Below, one piece after another: positions 37,190-49,796 of a stretch of DNA of 64,000 nt; positions within the stretch are counted from its first letter, which is position 1, and each line of letters begins with the position of its first letter. The notes beneath the pieces were generated by a model. The model ran no database searches and was not told the origin of the DNA. It saw only the letters and a program-made list of their open reading frames with translations. The stretch comes from a virus (Duplodnaviria > Caudoviricetes), in the IMG/VR virus record IMGVR_UViG_3300021255_000152, positions 1 through 64,000 of that record; one strand, 5' to 3'. Made by a program: the position numbers and the translations under genes.

Positions 37190-40100
37190 ATGAGAAATCC
37201 ATTGTTAGATGAAGATTTTCTTCATGAATTAGATTTATATCATCATCATCATACTTGGGCAAAAATTATTTCATTGGATTTTAATGAATATCCATTAGAA
37301 GAGATAAGTGGAAAAGTTTCTGCTGGAAGTATAAATATTGATGGAAACTCAGCGGTTAGAAGAACATGCTCTCTAACTCTTTTGAGTGATGAAGTAAATA
37401 TTAATGATTTCTACTGAGGATTAAAAACTAAGTTTAGATTATATATTGGTTTAGAGAATCAAATTAATGATCAATATATAATTAAGAAAAAGGTAGAATT
37501 ACAAAATAGTATAGATGCGGCTATGGCTAAAGGCGAATCTACGGTAGATTTACGTTATCGCTTAGAACATATAGAGGAGTTATACAGATACCCTGATATT
37601 ATCTGATTTAATCAGGGTATCTTCCTCATATCTTCTTTCAATTGCGCCGCAGGTGTAAATAAATATACTGTATCTATTCAGGGTAAAGATAAAATGTCTT
37701 TATTGAATGGAGATATGGGCGGTGTTATCCCAGCATCATGAGATTTCGGAACTATGGATGAAAATGTCCTCGATGAAGAAGGAAAAACTGCTTATGATGC
37801 TTCTGGTTATGCAATTATTAAAAACACACAAATACCTATTAAAGATATTGTTCTCCAGGCGGTCCATGAATTCGCGCAAGAGAAATGACAGAATATTATA
37901 GTTAATGACCTAGATGACTATGGTATTGAGTTATTAGAATATGAAGGAACTACTCCTTTATATTATATCATTAAAGTAACTAATAGTGGAACGGATTCAA
38001 GAGAAGTATCCAATATGACGCTTGATGAAAATATGGAATGTATGGTGAAAATCGTCGATTGAATTGACGATAAACCTGTTTCTCTTGGATGGGCATCTAC
38101 TCGAACTAAAGTAGAGACAGACGAGAATAATAATTCTGTTTCTAAACAAGTTGCTATAAAAATTAGTGAGCTAGATTCTGATTGGATCACGGAAACTGCG
38201 ACCGCTGAGGGCGCAATAGCTGAGCATCCCCCAAAATATTCATATGAAAGACTCATAGAGGAGTTAGATCCAAGCGGCGCAGTAACTGAGTCAGTTAATT
38301 ATTATAGAACTAGAATTGCATTTCCAGATGATTTCTATTATGAAACAGCCTATGATGATGAAGGAAATGAAGTTCAAGTTAAAGTATATAATGAATATAC
38401 TGTTGCTAAGATTACTAGAGACAATGGATTAAATGTTTGCGGTTATAGAATCTGTGATATTGTTTATCCATACGATTTAATAGCCTCTCCTGGAGATACT
38501 GTTACTTCAGTCCTAGATAAGTTAGTAAAAATGCTTGGAAATTTTGAATATTTCTTCGATGAAGATGGACGTTTTATTTTCCAAAAGAAGAGAACATTCT
38601 TAGATGTTTCTTATAATAATATAATTAATGAACACTCTATCTCTCCAGAAGTATGGGCAGATAGTAGTATGTTTAATACAAAATATAGTTATACTTTTGA
38701 TAGTAATACATTAGTATCTTCTATCCAGAATAATCCAAATTTACCTCAGTTAAAAAATGATTATTCTATTTGAGGCGCGCGACAGAATGGAAATGTTACA
38801 ATTCCAATTCACATGCGCTACGCAATAGATAAAAAACCTTATGGTTATAGAACATTTGATACTGTTGATGAAAATGGCATAATAACCAAACCTGGTGCAT
38901 GATACTGAACTGAAGAGGGTTTGGGTTATAGACAAAGACGCATGGAAGTTTTAGCGCAAGAATTTAAAGGAGAAGAAGGCGGAAGTGTCGAATCTTATGA
39001 AAAATATTCTTACACTAAAACTCCAAATGAAAATGGATTGCCAGAAACTTGGTGAGATGTACAAGACTGGGCAAAATATTATGGTTTAATTGCGGCACTA
39101 CAAGATGGAAAAAATCCAGATAGAATGACGCAAGAGGAGCTAGAAGAGTATTATCCTAAAAATTACTTAATGTTTTATAAATCAGATGAAACAAAATATC
39201 CATTACCAACTTATAAAGAAGTTGCTTCTTATTTAGGGGTGGAACCAGATTATGGCTGAAATGGAACTTTACAGATGGTTATCCAACAAGAAGATGGATC
39301 TTGAGATAGTCATGGTTCTAACTGTTCTCATTCCTATTTCCAATTTATTCCTAATTATGAAGTATTAGATGAAAATGGAAAAACTAAATATTATATAGAT
39401 AAAGAACATGGCATTTCAGTCCCAATGAGAACAACTTCGGGCATTTATGAAAATACTAAGGTTTATATTTATAGACCTACCTTTCCAGGAGAATTGGATT
39501 ATTCCTATGAAGATGGTGGGGTTACAACTATTGATGTTTCTGATTATGCAAAAGATCAAACCTATATTGTCGATTGAAGAGAAGTTATTTATCAAATGGC
39601 AAATGATTATCGAAGACATTATAGAGAAGATGATTTCTTAATTAAATTAAGAGATAATAATAAGATTTTGTATTATAATAATATCCCTATTGAATCATTG
39701 TATCCTACTGGATATACTGGGTATGAAAACTATTATATAGATTTTGAAATGAATCTAAGTCAAGGAGTTGTGGCTTATTGAAGAGAACTATATAATCCAG
39801 AAACTATTAATGATAAAAAAGAAAATCATACGGGATATTATAATTCTGATGGAACTTTTGAATTAGATACAGATGTGGCGCTCTGATCTGCAGGAACTAC
39901 TTACCAAAAAGGAGATAGAGCTGCCGTTGAAGAAGATGGAGAACGAGTTATTTATAAATCTTTAAAAAATAATAATGTAGATACAGTTCCTTCTTCAACC
40001 AGTCCAAGTTGATTAGAAACTCCAGGTCAATTCACTTATAATTCAGATGGTTGAAATATTGAAATTTTAGATAATCCTGAAATGTTAAATTTCTGATTTG

Positions 40101-40567
40101 ATTTCCTTGATTCCAAGGGAGAGATGAACAAATACACTGTCCATAATATAGGAATGAGGTCAAAAGCTACAAATGATGATAAGATAAAAGCCATCTATTT
40201 TAGGGAAACGCCCAATGTAATTTTTGATGTTGAGGGAGAAACGGTTCAAAAGGATAATTGAACTAAGCCTGGATATTGTTATATCAGTATTCCAGCAGCA
40301 TTAAATGATTTATTCCATATTAGTTCGCGCGGTAAAAACTGCATGGATGTAGTAGAGGAATATTTGTATAATTATGCTTATCCGATAAGCTCAATTACAT
40401 TGAGTACAATACCTATTTACTACTTAACTCCCAATACCTTGATCTATGTAAATGATCCAGATACTGGAGTTGTAGGTGAATATATAATGACAAAATATAG
40501 TATTCAGTTAGGTTTAAATTCTAGTATGTCTATAACTGGAAATGAAACCGCAAAGAGACTATATTAA
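37190..40567 (+). CDS. Baseplate hub-like tail protein, ~1125 aa; many TGA=Trp
   Basis: GSINIDGNSAVRRTCSL, QGKDKM..LNG, FEYFFDEDGRFIFQKK and SITLSTIPIYYL motifs all in one frame. Confidence 0.75.
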
Positions 40568-40582
40568 GGAGGAAAATGAGGA

Positions 40583-40975
40583 ATGGCTAGAAAAATCAAA
40601 CAATTTCGATTGTATAATGCTCCAGTCCGCAAAAGTACAGGTGAATATGATTATACATATTGTACAAACAATTCACCTGCAGAAACTTCTGCCTCAAAGA
40701 ATATTTTAGAAATGTTTGAATCTGGAGAAGTATTTGAAAGTGTTTATCCAATTTCAGAACTAGGCATACAAGCTCCACCTGGGACAAAATTCTATTTAAA
40801 TGGAAGTGTGTATCCAATAGTGATGGGAGCTTCTGGAATTTACGATTTAGATATTAAAAATGGTGCAAGAGTCACTGGTTTAAGTTTTCATCGAGAGTCT
40901 TTGCAAGACATCGTAACTAGTGGCTCTAGTTACCTTATTGTAGATGTATTGTATGGAGAGGAGGATTTAGACTAA
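40583..40975 (+). CDS. Small baseplate-region protein
   Basis: 130 aa, AGGAGG RBS; TAATG overlap with the next gene. Confidence 0.75.
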   Translation: MARKIKQFRLYNAPVRKSTGEYDYTYCTNNSPAETSASKNILEMFESGEVFESVYPISELGIQAPPGTKFYLNGSVYPIVMGASGIYDLDIKNGARVTGLSFHRESLQDIVTSGSSYLIVDVLYGEEDLD

Positions 40976-43900
40976 TGGGTTTCTATGGCAATATAACCAA
41001 CATAAATAAATCTAGTTTTAGTTTTGATAAGATTTATGCCAATAGAAAAGAAATGGACGCAAATGCGGCCATTGATGGTGTTTATGTTGGAAGATATGTT
41101 CTTGTAGATTATGATAAAAAGAGCATACTAGCAACTCAGGCAAGTGAAGTTGCGGATTCATTTAATGTTTCCAATGATCCTCTTCGATATGCAAATATTG
41201 TAGAAGGCTTTGAGAAATACTATAATTATAATTTAGATTTATTAGAGCAAAAAACAAATTCTAACTTGCGTCCAGCTTGAATGATAATACAAACAGATGG
41301 AAGTTATGAATTTCATACAGGTCCTTCTTATGCAACTCCAGTATATGAATTTTCCGAAGACAGTGGAGAAGGATTACACGCAGGAGATTTAGTTCTTTTA
41401 TTAGGAAAGAGAAAGTGTATTTCTGAAATTCCTGATAACTTGAAATTTACAGATGCATATGAACTAGAGAATTATCAAAGTAATGAATTAGCTAGTATTA
41501 TAACACAAGATGGTGCAGTTTATTCTTACTTTATCCCTGAGATATGGTACTGCACTGGCGGCAGACCTATTGAATGGTCAAGCAATGGAATTGACTATAT
41601 TAAAACAGTTGCAACATTTGAAAAGAGTTCTATCACTTATTCCGAACAGATTGATATGAACAATGCAACCCTCTTCAATAGCAACTATTCAGAAGATGCT
41701 GTTGCTTATGGAAAGATTGGTAGAGGTTGGGATTCTACCGTTTGGCAGAAAACAACTGGCGTAAATGCAAAGGGACAGGTTGTTAATAAATATGTAATGA
41801 TCGCTGAACTTAATTCAGTAGTTCCTACATTAGATATTTCTGTTGATGCGCCTACGCAAACTCCAATCGCGCCACATTTTGGTACAGATATTTCAAATGT
41901 TTATTATAAGATGCATATCCAGCCAACTTGGGGTATGAGAGTAAAGAGTTCTTACTCTGATTACACAACAGATCAAAAGAGATATCCTTCTGATATTAGC
42001 GGAGCTTTCTTAATTGATACTTTACTTAGTGATGGTACTGTTGCTAGAATTGGTAGAAGAGTTAAGACACTACCGGACGGAACAACTCAAATTGTAGATT
42101 ATCCTCCAGTATTGGATGAATTCGGCAATGTTGTTCCAGAAGATATTGAGGATATGCCACTAGCAATTTACTTTAATAAAGATGGTTTTGATCCATATCA
42201 AGCTTCAGATGCGCTTACAACAGTTGAACATGATTATGGTTCAGAAGCATTAAAGAGTATTGCTAGAAATGTTGGAACATCAACTCGTCCAAAATGGGAA
42301 GTAAGAGATACTATCGCTATTAAGCCTACTGGAACGAGTAACCAAGAATATAATGTTCATACTGCTGAAGGTGACCTATTCAAAAAGAATTTACCAGATA
42401 CTTACGAAATGAGTATTATGTTACCATCTATTGGTAATATGGCAAACACTTTCTGGAATATGCTTTATGGTCCAAATGCTAAAGAAGATATTAAGGGCCG
42501 TAGTTTATGGCATGTAAATACTGGTGCCTTCGTTAAGAACGATGATACTTCTACTTATGTAAGAAATACTGAATTTAGATGGAATACTCGTAACGGTAGA
42601 AGAGGAATCACAAATGCGCTATTTGATTCTAGTTTCTATATTGGAAATGCTAGAAATCCAATAGCTAAAACATATGATGAAATAATGGAATTAAAGGACA
42701 CTAGTCCAGCGACATCCTTATTAGTAAAGAATAGTTTTAATGATAATTATATTAATATTGGAACTGTCGGTGACTTTGATCCTATTCATACACACTTGCT
42801 ACAAGATAGACTTCTTTATAATGTAGAGGATTTAAATACAGTAGCAGGTAGTATTAATACATTACATGATTTAACTGGTATGATTGTAAGATATACTAGC
42901 CTTGAAGATGAAAATGCTAGTGTAAAAATACCAGATGATTATATTGCTGATTTTACTAACAGCTCACAAAGAAACTTACTTTGGGAACATCGCGCAGAAA
43001 AATTATCTGATTGAGATCCAACAAAGATTTATTACGATATTTCTGATCAAAGATATTATTACAAGGATAAGACTTATACCTATAATCATTCTACTACTAC
43101 TGGTTATGAAAGAAGTGGAAGTCATTGGTACAAGCCTATTTCTGGTGATAAATTCATTGATTTAAATACTGCTAAATATTATAGAGCAGAACGCATGGAA
43201 TATCCTAGATATTCTGAAACAAACCTTACTAAAGATGTAATGAATCTTCCTTACTTTGATTATATCTTAGCTAAGACTGAAGATGATTACGTTGAAGGTG
43301 CTGTTTATTATCAGGTTTATGATGAAGATTATTTCTTGAGTAATCCAAACGTTCAAGCCGAAAAGACTCGTCTTGAAAATAAGGTTGCTTCAGAAACTGA
43401 TCCAGTTCTCATTGAAGAAGCGCAAGAAGAATTGGCGCAATTCCTCAAAGGAGAATATAAGAATAGTAATGATGAAGTGGTTCTTAGATTCCCTACACCA
43501 TTAATTCTTTACAATGTTGGATATGAGCCAGGTATTTATTCTTATGAAGATACCAATTCTTCTGGACAAAGAATTTATACATTAGACAGTGCGCCACTTC
43601 CAACAAGACCTGATGCAAGATACATTAAGATTACAGATTCAAAACAGCAGCAAGGATTTGTACTTTACACTTCTGGTGGTTTCTACAGATGGGATAATAG
43701 AGATGAAACATTAATTCTTTGTAGAAATGCTTCTCTTAAAGGCGCCCTTGATTTACCAGAAGACTTCGTTCCTGAACATCCAGATACAGAGTTAATCACA
43801 AGTAGCTATGAATGGAACGAAAAAATAAATCTTTATGACGATGATAAAAATGTTATAGGAGAAGATAATAGATTCATATTCTTCCCTAGAAATCAAGCCT

Positions 43901-46900
43901 TTGAAGAATATCTTCATATTGCAGATTCTGAAGAAGGAAAGACAATTTACGTCGCTGGAGATGAAATTCCAGATGTTATTCCTATTAATTTCCCAACAAA
44001 TTTAACTCGTTGGCAAATTGAATTAGAAGATGATAACAAGCTTTATCTTTATATCTATGCTGGATTAAATGATGAGGATCATCCTGCTGATAAATTAGTA
44101 GAACAAGGTCATGATAAAATTCCTGTTGAAAATATCTTATTTAAGAGAGAATCTTATTTACAAGAACTTAATACTAGATTAGCAGCTTATGTAGAAAATC
44201 CTGGAACAATTACCAGAGCAAATCTTGATGCTTACTTAGAATTATTAAACAATAATAATGAAAATAAGTATTTTGATCAATATCAGGCTTATTTATATCT
44301 CTGTGTTACTACTCCTGAAGAAAAAGACGAAGATGGTAATATCGTAACTCAAGAAGTTTCTGACTATCTTCCTTTCTGGACAATTATCACAGAAGGATAT
44401 GCGTTTAAGTTAGAGAATGGCAAAAAAGTTCCTAAGATGGTTATCTCTACCATTGGAAAAGAATCTTCTTCTTCTAGCATTCACTTTGATGTACAAGAAG
44501 CTAAAGAAAAAGGTCTCAATGTTCAGTTAAAAGAATTTGAAGCAAATAAATATTATTATCATCCAAACAATGACGGTAATAAATGAGCTGCTGAAATTAG
44601 AGCAAACCTTTTAACAGAATCTGGTCTTTGAAGAAATACATTAAATGGCGGATATAATGGTTATTATACTATTGAGTATGAAACACTTCCACCAGAATCT
44701 CAAGTAGATGATTTTGAAGAAGTAAATGATAATAATCATTTTAGATTCTTTACTTTGGATAGAGAACAAGCATATCGTTACCAAGATCTTGAAGGTAACT
44801 GAAGAGAAGAAATTCTTAGCAGAACATACCCAAGAGATACTAGAGATATTAATTATTACGATATTAAATTCTTGAGAGTTCCTTCTGATAAGATTGTATA
44901 TCAAAGTGGAATCTATTATGAAAAGAATGGCAATGGTGAGTTTGTTCTTACTGAAGATACAACTCCAGATGCATCTAAGACTTATTATCAGATAGAACAA
45001 AGATATGTTGAATCAGATACCAGTGGTATTTATAAGACAGGTTCTATCTGGAATGAAGAAGTTGTTCCAGTTCCTGATACTGTAACCATCGGATTCAGAG
45101 AAGAGTCTTGGAGAGCAAAACCTATTGAACATTATGCAAATAATGAGAATACTTTCAATGGATTGATTCTCCGACAGAACAATATGATGCGCGATGGTGA
45201 TGAATTAACTCGCGATCGCAGCACCGTTCAAGGAACAATTAATACTCTCAATGATATAATCGCTAAATTCTACACATTAACTCCTCGTGAATTTGTAACA
45301 GTAGATGAATATGGTCGTGTCCATAGCGCAAGCTGGGATTCAATGCAGCCAGATACTATTACAAACCTTGGATTACCTTCAGATGTTAGAACTGTTGCGA
45401 ATACAGATAAGCGTTGGATTAATTTAACATTAGATGATGATAAAGATAATCCACATTTCACAATTAAACATCAGTATAATCCAGTAGAACCTGTGAATAC
45501 ATATGCGAATAAGAATGAAAATACTACTGTTACTGGTAACGTTGGATTAAATCATTCCGCAGATGATACGTTAAAACTCTATACTCCTTTAATTGATGCT
45601 ACTGGACACGTTGTTGGACAGAATACAGAAACTGTAACTCTACCTTTCAATTATAAGGTTGTTACTATTGGTGCGCAAAGTGAAACTGTTTATGATTCTA
45701 CTAAGAATAATTTAACAGCTGGCTCTACAATAGACAAGGGTTATAGTGGAACTGGTAGTTTAATTGCAGAAAATACTAAAGATACATTTACTGTAAATAC
45801 TGGTAATAAATGGATTAGATTAATTCCAAATTCAGGAACAAAGTCTTATCAGATTAGCCATGAAGTTCATAATATAAATGTTTCCGATAACACTTCTACA
45901 AATTTAAATGCGGGAAGTGGTACAAATGTTATTAATATTCCAGATTGGGATTTTGACAATGCTGGACATATTATTGAAAAGCATAATCATGAATATACTT
46001 TACCATATGGTTATAAGTTTGTTCAAGATGAGGGTAATAGCAGCATTCAAGCTGGTAATACTCAAGATAAGTTGATTGTTGTGGGTGATAGTTATCTTAC
46101 AACTTCTGTAAATGATCATACATTAACAATAAGTCATGATAAGGTTAATCCAACAACAGCAACAACGCAGTTGAAGAGCAATGTAGAAACTCCTACTTTT
46201 GGATCAACATTTGTAATTGATGATTATAGCTTTGATAATCAGGGCCATCGTATTGTAACAAGTTCTCATACAGTACAATTCCCTAAAGGACAGCTCGCTA
46301 ATGGCACACATGTTGCAACAAGTGCAAATATCGTTACATCATTAGCCTTTGATGCAACTTCTGGAACTATTACAAAGACAGATGCTAATGTTGGCACATT
46401 ACCTTTAACAGGATATGCACAAGTAGAAAGTATTTCTGCAATGCCAACGGCAACAGATTCTATTAATACTGCTCTTGCTAAAGTAACATATATCTTAAAC
46501 AATAGTACAACTACTGTTGATAGTAGAATTTCTACTGCAATTACTGGATTATATGCAGCTGAATCTTCTGATGATTTTATTGCAAAAATTAAAGAAACAA
46601 ATGGTGTAATTTCTGCTACTACTGGTACTTTCGGAACATCTGGAACTATTGCAACAGATGCAGGCTCCAATAGAGAAGTTGTAACTTCTGTTACTATTAA
46701 TCATAGTGGTGTCATTAGTGGTACTAAATTAACGTTAGGAACTGCTGCATTGTCTGCAACAACAGATTTTGATGCAGCTGGTGCCGCAAATACAGTTAAG
46801 ACTGATTTAATTGGTACTGCTTCAGACACACAAGCCTCTGATACAATTACAGGTGCTAAAAAATATACAGATAATGCTGTAGCCACAATGGAGAGTAAAG

Positions 46901-46995
46901 AGTACGGAGCTTCTGGCTCTACACAATATACTTTTGCAGAGATGGTTGCTAAATTAAATGATTTAGAAGCTAGACTCGCGGCCTTAGAAAGTTAA
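40975..46995 (+). CDS. Large tail fibre-like protein, ~2006 aa; several TGA=Trp
   Basis: Four large fragments in one frame; D..GH repeats, Thr-rich shaft and C-terminal coiled coil (LEARLAALES). Confidence 0.75.
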
Positions 46996-46996
46996 T

Positions 46997-47030
46997 ATAA
47001 GGGAGAAGATTTTCTTCTCCCTTATTATTT
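46997..47030 (+). terminator. Intrinsic terminator
   Basis: ATAAGGGAGAAGA/TCTTCTCCCTTAT hairpin with a T-rich tail. Confidence 0.75.
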
Positions 47031-47031
47031 A

Positions 47032-47077
47032 GGGCAAGAGTTAAAAAAATACAAATGTTGTTTTTTAGATAGAATAG
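47032..47077 (+). promoter_or_regulatory. Candidate phage late promoter motif
   Basis: GGGCA-N10-A-N17-TTA-N7-TAG directly after a terminator. Confidence 0.55.
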
Positions 47078-47096
47078 AGTAAAGGAGGAACGGACA

Positions 47097-47840
47097 GTGG
47101 TAAGCTATGTTAAGTTTATGCGATGTACGCAAGCATATTTTAACAATTTAACAAAAAAAGATGTAGATACCCTATATTTCGTAGCGAATCCTACGTCTGC
47201 GGATAATGGTTTCCTCTATCTCGGTAATAGATTAATTTCAGGAACTTCAGAAAAAGAATCAAGCACTACCAATGGATATATTTCTATAAATGAGGTAAAA
47301 GATATTCTCATTAAAGAAAATCTGGCGGATAATGATATTCTTTTATATAACGAAGGAACAAAGAAGTGAGAAAATCATGCGCTCCAAGATTTGTTGGTTT
47401 ATTCTTCAATGAAAGGAGCGACAGAAACCAAAGACGGTATTGCGGGATTAGTTCCAGTTCCTATTGCAGGCGATCAGCTTAAATTTTTAAGTGGCGATGG
47501 AACATGGAAAGAAATAAATACCTATGATGCGGAATTACACGCCGTAGTTAAAACCTTAGTTGCTTATGATCCAGACATGTCTGTTAGAGAAATTGCAGAT
47601 GAAGTTGTCATGGACGTACGCTCTAGAGTAGGTAGTTTAGAAAAAATCATTCAAGGTAGTGGTTCTAGTACAGACTTGGGTCTTTCAGCCCGTGTATCAG
47701 CAATAGAAAATACAATAGGTGATTTTCAACCCGTGTCTCCAAACTACCTAGATATTGGAGAAGCAATTAGTTATTTTGACACTTCGATAACTGAACTTAA
47801 TGATCGCTTAAGATGACATACATTATCGGAAAACTTATAA
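47097..47840 (+). CDS. Tail fibre-associated protein, 247 aa; 2 TGA=Trp
   Basis: AGGAGG RBS with GTG start; GAT...G..GLVP.P.AG...KFLSGDGTW fibre motif. Confidence 0.75.
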
Positions 47841-47858
47841 TCGAAAGGAGATGTGATT

Positions 47859-49670
47859 ATGGCGGCAGCAAGCAATTTAGTTAATTTTAAACGTGGTACG
47901 TGAGATAACCTTAAAGCCTTAATAGAAGACGGCACAAGTGGCGTAGATGGTTGCTTTTATTTAAGCGTAGATGCCAATATAAAAAGTAGTCGCCTTTATG
48001 TAGGTCGTGCAGATGGTAGCATTGTCCCAGTTAATCAGGGTATTACTAGTGTTGCTAATTTCAATGCTTTACTTAGTGGAACATGGCAAGCTGGTGATTT
48101 CGCATATATTGAAGACAAAAATATTTTAGCTGTTTATGCAGGAGTTGGAGCAGAAACTCCACACTGGATTCAATTAAACCAAGATAAATATATTGAAAGA
48201 TTAGCAAGTGCGGTTAGTGTAACTAACGGTGTTGCAACTATCAATGTTAATGGTTTTTATAACTATGGTGGAGAAGAGGGTGTTCCTGACGTTACAACAT
48301 CCGTTACCATGACTGGTACAAATGGTATTGACGTTAGCGCATCTGGCACAGCAATTACAGTAGATGGTGATAAGTATAGTTTAGCCTCAGATGCTTCTAC
48401 TGCTGGACAGGCTACTATTAACTTAACCTCTACTAAAAATACTGGCGCAAATAACACTACTGCTCATGGTAGTGTAACTATTAAAGCTGGCACAAATGCT
48501 ACTCTTACAACAGCGCAGGGTGGTTCAGAAATTACTATTGGCGCGTTAGATAGATCAATTACAGATTTAGATTTCACAAATGGTACTACTTCTGGATTTG
48601 TTTTAACAGGTACTAAAGAGTATGATAATGATATTGAGGCTACTTTAGATCCAGCAGTTAGATATGGTGTTAATTCTACCGAAACAAAGAAATTCGAAGG
48701 TGGAACAGTAGTTCTTGATGTTTATTCTAAAACTGAAATTGATAACATGAAGAAGTCTCTTAACGCAATGACTTATAGAGGTACTGTTGGTACTGGTGGT
48801 TCTTTCGGTACAGACTGGACTGCGTTAGGAGGAAATATCTCCATTGGTGATACTTTTAAACTTGTTGGAATTAGTTCAGCTACAGAAGTTCAATTAGCTG
48901 CAGAGTATTCTGCAACTGGTAGTCCAGTACGAATCAAGACAGGCGATTTATTAATCGTTTCTGGTGCAGTCGATAAAGACACTCATCTTCCAGTTAATAC
49001 AGAAGGTGCTGATGGTTATGTATCTGGTACTATTAAGTTTGATGTAGTTCCATCTGGAGATGATATTGATACTACTTATAGTATTAATAATAATCAAACA
49101 CATGGAATTGATATTATCAATAATGTTAGTGGTAATCCTATTGGTGGTATTCAACTTCAGCAATTAGGCGGTACGGATGGCGACTATATCACTATGACAG
49201 ATCAAACTGTTACAGATGATGATGGCGTATCCAGAAAAATCGTTAAATTAAATCATAAAAACATTACTCAGCAGCAAACAACTGGTACTGGAATGTCTAA
49301 TAGTGGTGGTGCTACTATTACTGGACAAGTTGTTACTGGACTTACTTTTGATGATAAAGGTCACGTTGTTGGAGTAGAAAAATCTAGTTTAAGTGTTGTA
49401 AGTTCTGCTTCTAATATTACTCAATTTAAAGCAGTAGGAAGTGTAACAAATAATGTTGCAAAAGTAGAAAATCATATTGAGGTAGAGGATGCATCTTCAC
49501 AAGTTCATTCATTCTACAATGGAGCAAAATATACTTCTGACAACTTAACACTTACAGCATCAACAATCTCAAACGAACCTTTTGATTACACAGATTCTAA
49601 TTCTAATCCAGTTACTGGTACTGCAAGTGTCCCTCAGATTAGCATTAACTTTTTATGGGGTAGTTTCTAA
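47859..49670 (+). CDS. Tail fibre-like protein, 603 aa; TGA=Trp at 47901
   Basis: AAGGAG RBS; extends the 48309 ORF upstream by 150 codons; Thr/Gly-rich. Confidence 0.75.
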
Positions 49671-49675
49671 TTAGA

Positions 49676-49721
49676 GGACAGAAATCATTAAACAAGAGTG
49701 AATATCTTTCAAAATAGTTAG
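49676..49721 (+). promoter_or_regulatory. Candidate phage late promoter motif
   Basis: GGACA-N10-A-N17-TCA-N7-TAG in an intergenic region. Confidence 0.55.
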
Positions 49722-49733
49722 AAGATATTAAGG

Positions 49734-49769
49734 TAGGAGAGAAGAAATATCTTCTCTCCTATTTTTTTT
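49734..49769 (+). terminator. Terminator/attenuator hairpin in the leader of the giant gene
   Basis: TAGGAGAGAAGA/TCTTCTCTCCTA plus T8. Confidence 0.8.
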
Positions 49770-49796
49770 ATATGAAAAAGGAGAAAGGAGAAAAGT

